In this document: positions 61,430 to 64,000 of the stretch, one piece after another
How positions within the stretch are numbered: the first letter of the stretch is position 1
Layout: each line of letters begins with the position of its first letter
Assembly (NCBI RefSeq): GCF_018350175.1
Contig: NC_058381.1
Location: forward strand, 40,176,001-40,240,000
Source of the DNA: Felis catus
Lineage: Eukaryota
Reading direction: 5' to 3'
DNA length: 64,000 nucleotides
The notes under the pieces: model-generated
The model's input: only the letters and a program-made list of their open reading frames with translations
Told to the model about the DNA's origin: nothing
Databases searched by the model: none
Program-made: the position numbers and the translations under genes

Positions 61430-64000
61430 AGGCCTTCACCCACACAGGAAGCTTCCCCCTCACTGCAGGGTCCTAGAATACAGAGAAAACGAGGTCTTCT
61501 CCAAGTGGCCCGCATTCTGTGGTTTATGTCCCTTTCCCCTCAGTCGGCTTATCTCTGTGAGATCATCAAGACCCAGAGACTCCCAATATCCCCCCAAAGT
61601 CTCTCCCATTCTATATTCTTTTCCTGCCTCCAAATGTTCCCATCATGGCAAAGTCTAAGATAGTAATCAGGCACATTGAGGAAAGAAAATCAAATCACAA
61701 TTAGTTTGTTTCAGGGGATGTGTATGGAGTGTCCAATGTGGGACATGGCTTAGCTTGCTTGGAGGGAAGGGGTTAGATTTTTAGTAAGGGGAATAAGAAA
61801 GTAAATGACCTTAATATTATAAAGGCAATAAGAGAGGGTGTTAAAAAAAAAAAGTTGCATAGATTTTAGGAAGAGAAAACACTGAGTGACCAGAAAGACT
61901 TCATGGAACAGGGAACATTTAAACTGTGTTTCTGATAATGGTTTCCAGGAGGGGTTGAGGGAGACAGCATCTCTCATAGAGACCAAAATGAACAGAATCA
62001 AACAAGTCTGGGAAATGGAAAATAGTCTAGCTGTGCTGATGCTTATAATGAACACACATTTGCCGGCACTGGAAAGTTGCATTTAGTCCAGGTTGTGGGA
62101 AGCCTTGAATGCCAGGACCATCCCATATATAGTCTTCAGGTAAAGGTAAATCAAAGGTAGGAATCTGCCCCTGGAAGCTGACTCTCCTCAAATATGAGGG
62201 AAAATAAATATCCACGCTCCTTCCGAAGCAAAGTAACAGAAGAGAGATGAAAGTTTCTTGTATAAACATTAGAGAACAACACCGGGCCAGGACAATGAAA
62301 AAGAAACCTAACTTCCAAATTGACTTTGGTGTTTGGAAACTGAATAGACACTTTTTAATTACCCATGGGTCAAGGGAGACATCAAATGAGAAATTAAAGT
62401 ATTTTAAACTGAATTAAGACGAAAATACAACCTATCAAGCTGATGTGGGAATTAAAACTTTCCCTGTGCAGGCGTGAAACAGATAAGTAGTTTTGGAAGT
62501 GGGAAAAAAAAATCATGAATGAAACGGGGTAATCTGTGATCCCAAGAAATAAAATTACGTTTTTGTGTATTAGAGTCTATAGACTAATTAAGGCGGGCAG
62601 CGATTAGCACTTTATGGTGTCTGTTCTCAGGCACCTCCCCCTCTTTTCTGGCATCTTCCCTTGTAAGACACTGGTCATCCCACCGACTGACTCCCTCTTC
62701 ACCTTGTTTAAGAAGATACACACTCAAGAACTTTGATCTTTCATCTTTTGAAACTTCGTACATTTCAAAGAAATGCACGTACCTTGATTGTCCATTACTT
62801 AGCAGACTCTAGAATAAATTTAAATTTCCTTAATCTTCAGACACACTCAGAGCATCAGAAGGTTTATGGCCTCCTCTATTCCTAAATAAGTCAGTGGCCG
62901 GTTGTTCAGTAAGCCCTGGAAAAGGGCAGCCTGCCAGCTTCCAGGCTATGCTAATGAAGACGCTTTGACCCCATTCCAAAGATGAATGCATTCACCAGGA
63001 GGGCCCTTGAAGCAGCAGTACGCGTTTTAGGTGGCTCTAAAACATGGAATCTGAGCCTAAAGGGATCTCAAAGTCCTCTAGTCTAGGGGCCTTTGGCATT
63101 GAATCCCTTCTGATAACCTCCCAACTCAGCACCCAGTCCACCACTCTCCAGAAGGTCTATCCCATCTTTGGCCAACTGGGCCCCTGTGGCGCACAGTTTC
63201 CCAGGCTTTGTGCAAGATACTGGGATCAAGAGATAAATAGCAGCCAGCTTTGTCTTCAGGGGCTTACAACATAGGGGACTATTAGAAAGTCCTTTATGCA
63301 GAAACCTATCTACCTCCATGCTATTTATGTCCATTGCTTTCGTTCCTTCCTTCATTCATTCAACAAATATTGAGTGAGTACCCATTCTCTGCCAGACAGG
63401 CTCTGATGCTGGATGCTGGTGGTATGTTAGCAAGTAAGTCAAAGAGTCTGTCCTTTAATTTACTTTCTAGCTCTATCCATGGTGTCCCATGCAGGATAAA
63501 TCCAATCATTCTGCCACAATGGCTGACCTGCAGCTCTTCATGACAAATGGTTCTGATCCCCCTCACCATCCGGAGTACATCCCTCTGAATACATTCCATG
63601 GAGTCTCTACCACTCTTAAGTGAAGGCTCTAGAATGGAATTTTGGATGAGCTGGAATTAAGAGGCTGCCAGCAGATGGCCCAGCAAATCTTCTTGCCCAG
63701 GAATCTTGTGTGGAGTGTGCTGGTGCCACCAACTCTTCAACCATGATACCCACCCAGCCACCAGCCGGTCCCATATACGATCAGCGAGACCCATGAGGAC
63801 ACTCCCTCTTAACTACTCCTTGTAGAGATATGGGCAGTATTCACCAAGGCAGGGTGAATCCGTGAACTTGTCCCAGTGAGCTACTCCGAGGGATCCAGTA
63901 TTCATATACACTCCAATATTCAAAGCCCTCTCAAGGCACCATGAGGACCTCAGGGCTGAATCAGACAAATTCCCGTCGCAAAAATCGCAGAGCAGAAGGA

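Noticed and set aside
63650-64000. Non-repetitive-looking sequence at the right edge, possibly the 3' flank of the next keratin gene
   Set aside because: No keratin exon, polyA context or repeat could be recognised, and the window ends, so no call is made.

Overview
Mammalian genomic DNA. The dense CAN-SINEs of the SINEC_Fc type point to a felid, probably cat. The window covers part of the type I (acidic) hair-keratin cluster: five complete 7-exon genes, all on the minus strand. From left to right they are KRT33A-, KRT33B-, KRT34- and KRT31-like, then a gene of the KRT37/38/41 group, best read as an intact counterpart of the human pseudogene KRT41P. I traced the exon boundaries by hand. All five genes have the canonical 83/157/162/126/221-bp exons 2-6, GT-AG introns wherever visible, a TATA box and an AATAAA. 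The N-runs are length-preserving masks, not gaps, because masked exons keep their exact canonical length; masked bases could not be checked. Intergenic DNA is ordinary SINE/L1/L2/MIR/MaLR/MER5 debris. I see no evidence of a wholly new gene class. The most notable signals are: (1) sharp-edged homogenisation of exon 1 and of the exon 4-intron-exon 6 block across four old paralogs, while promoters, exon 2 and tail exons stay gene-specific; (2) a fixed-spacing HOXC13-type motif plus an identical 18-bp element in three promoters; (3) the open KRT41-like gene; (4) an unexplained ~107-bp inverted repeat pair; (5) antisense SINEs with cryptic splice sites in KRT33B intron 1.
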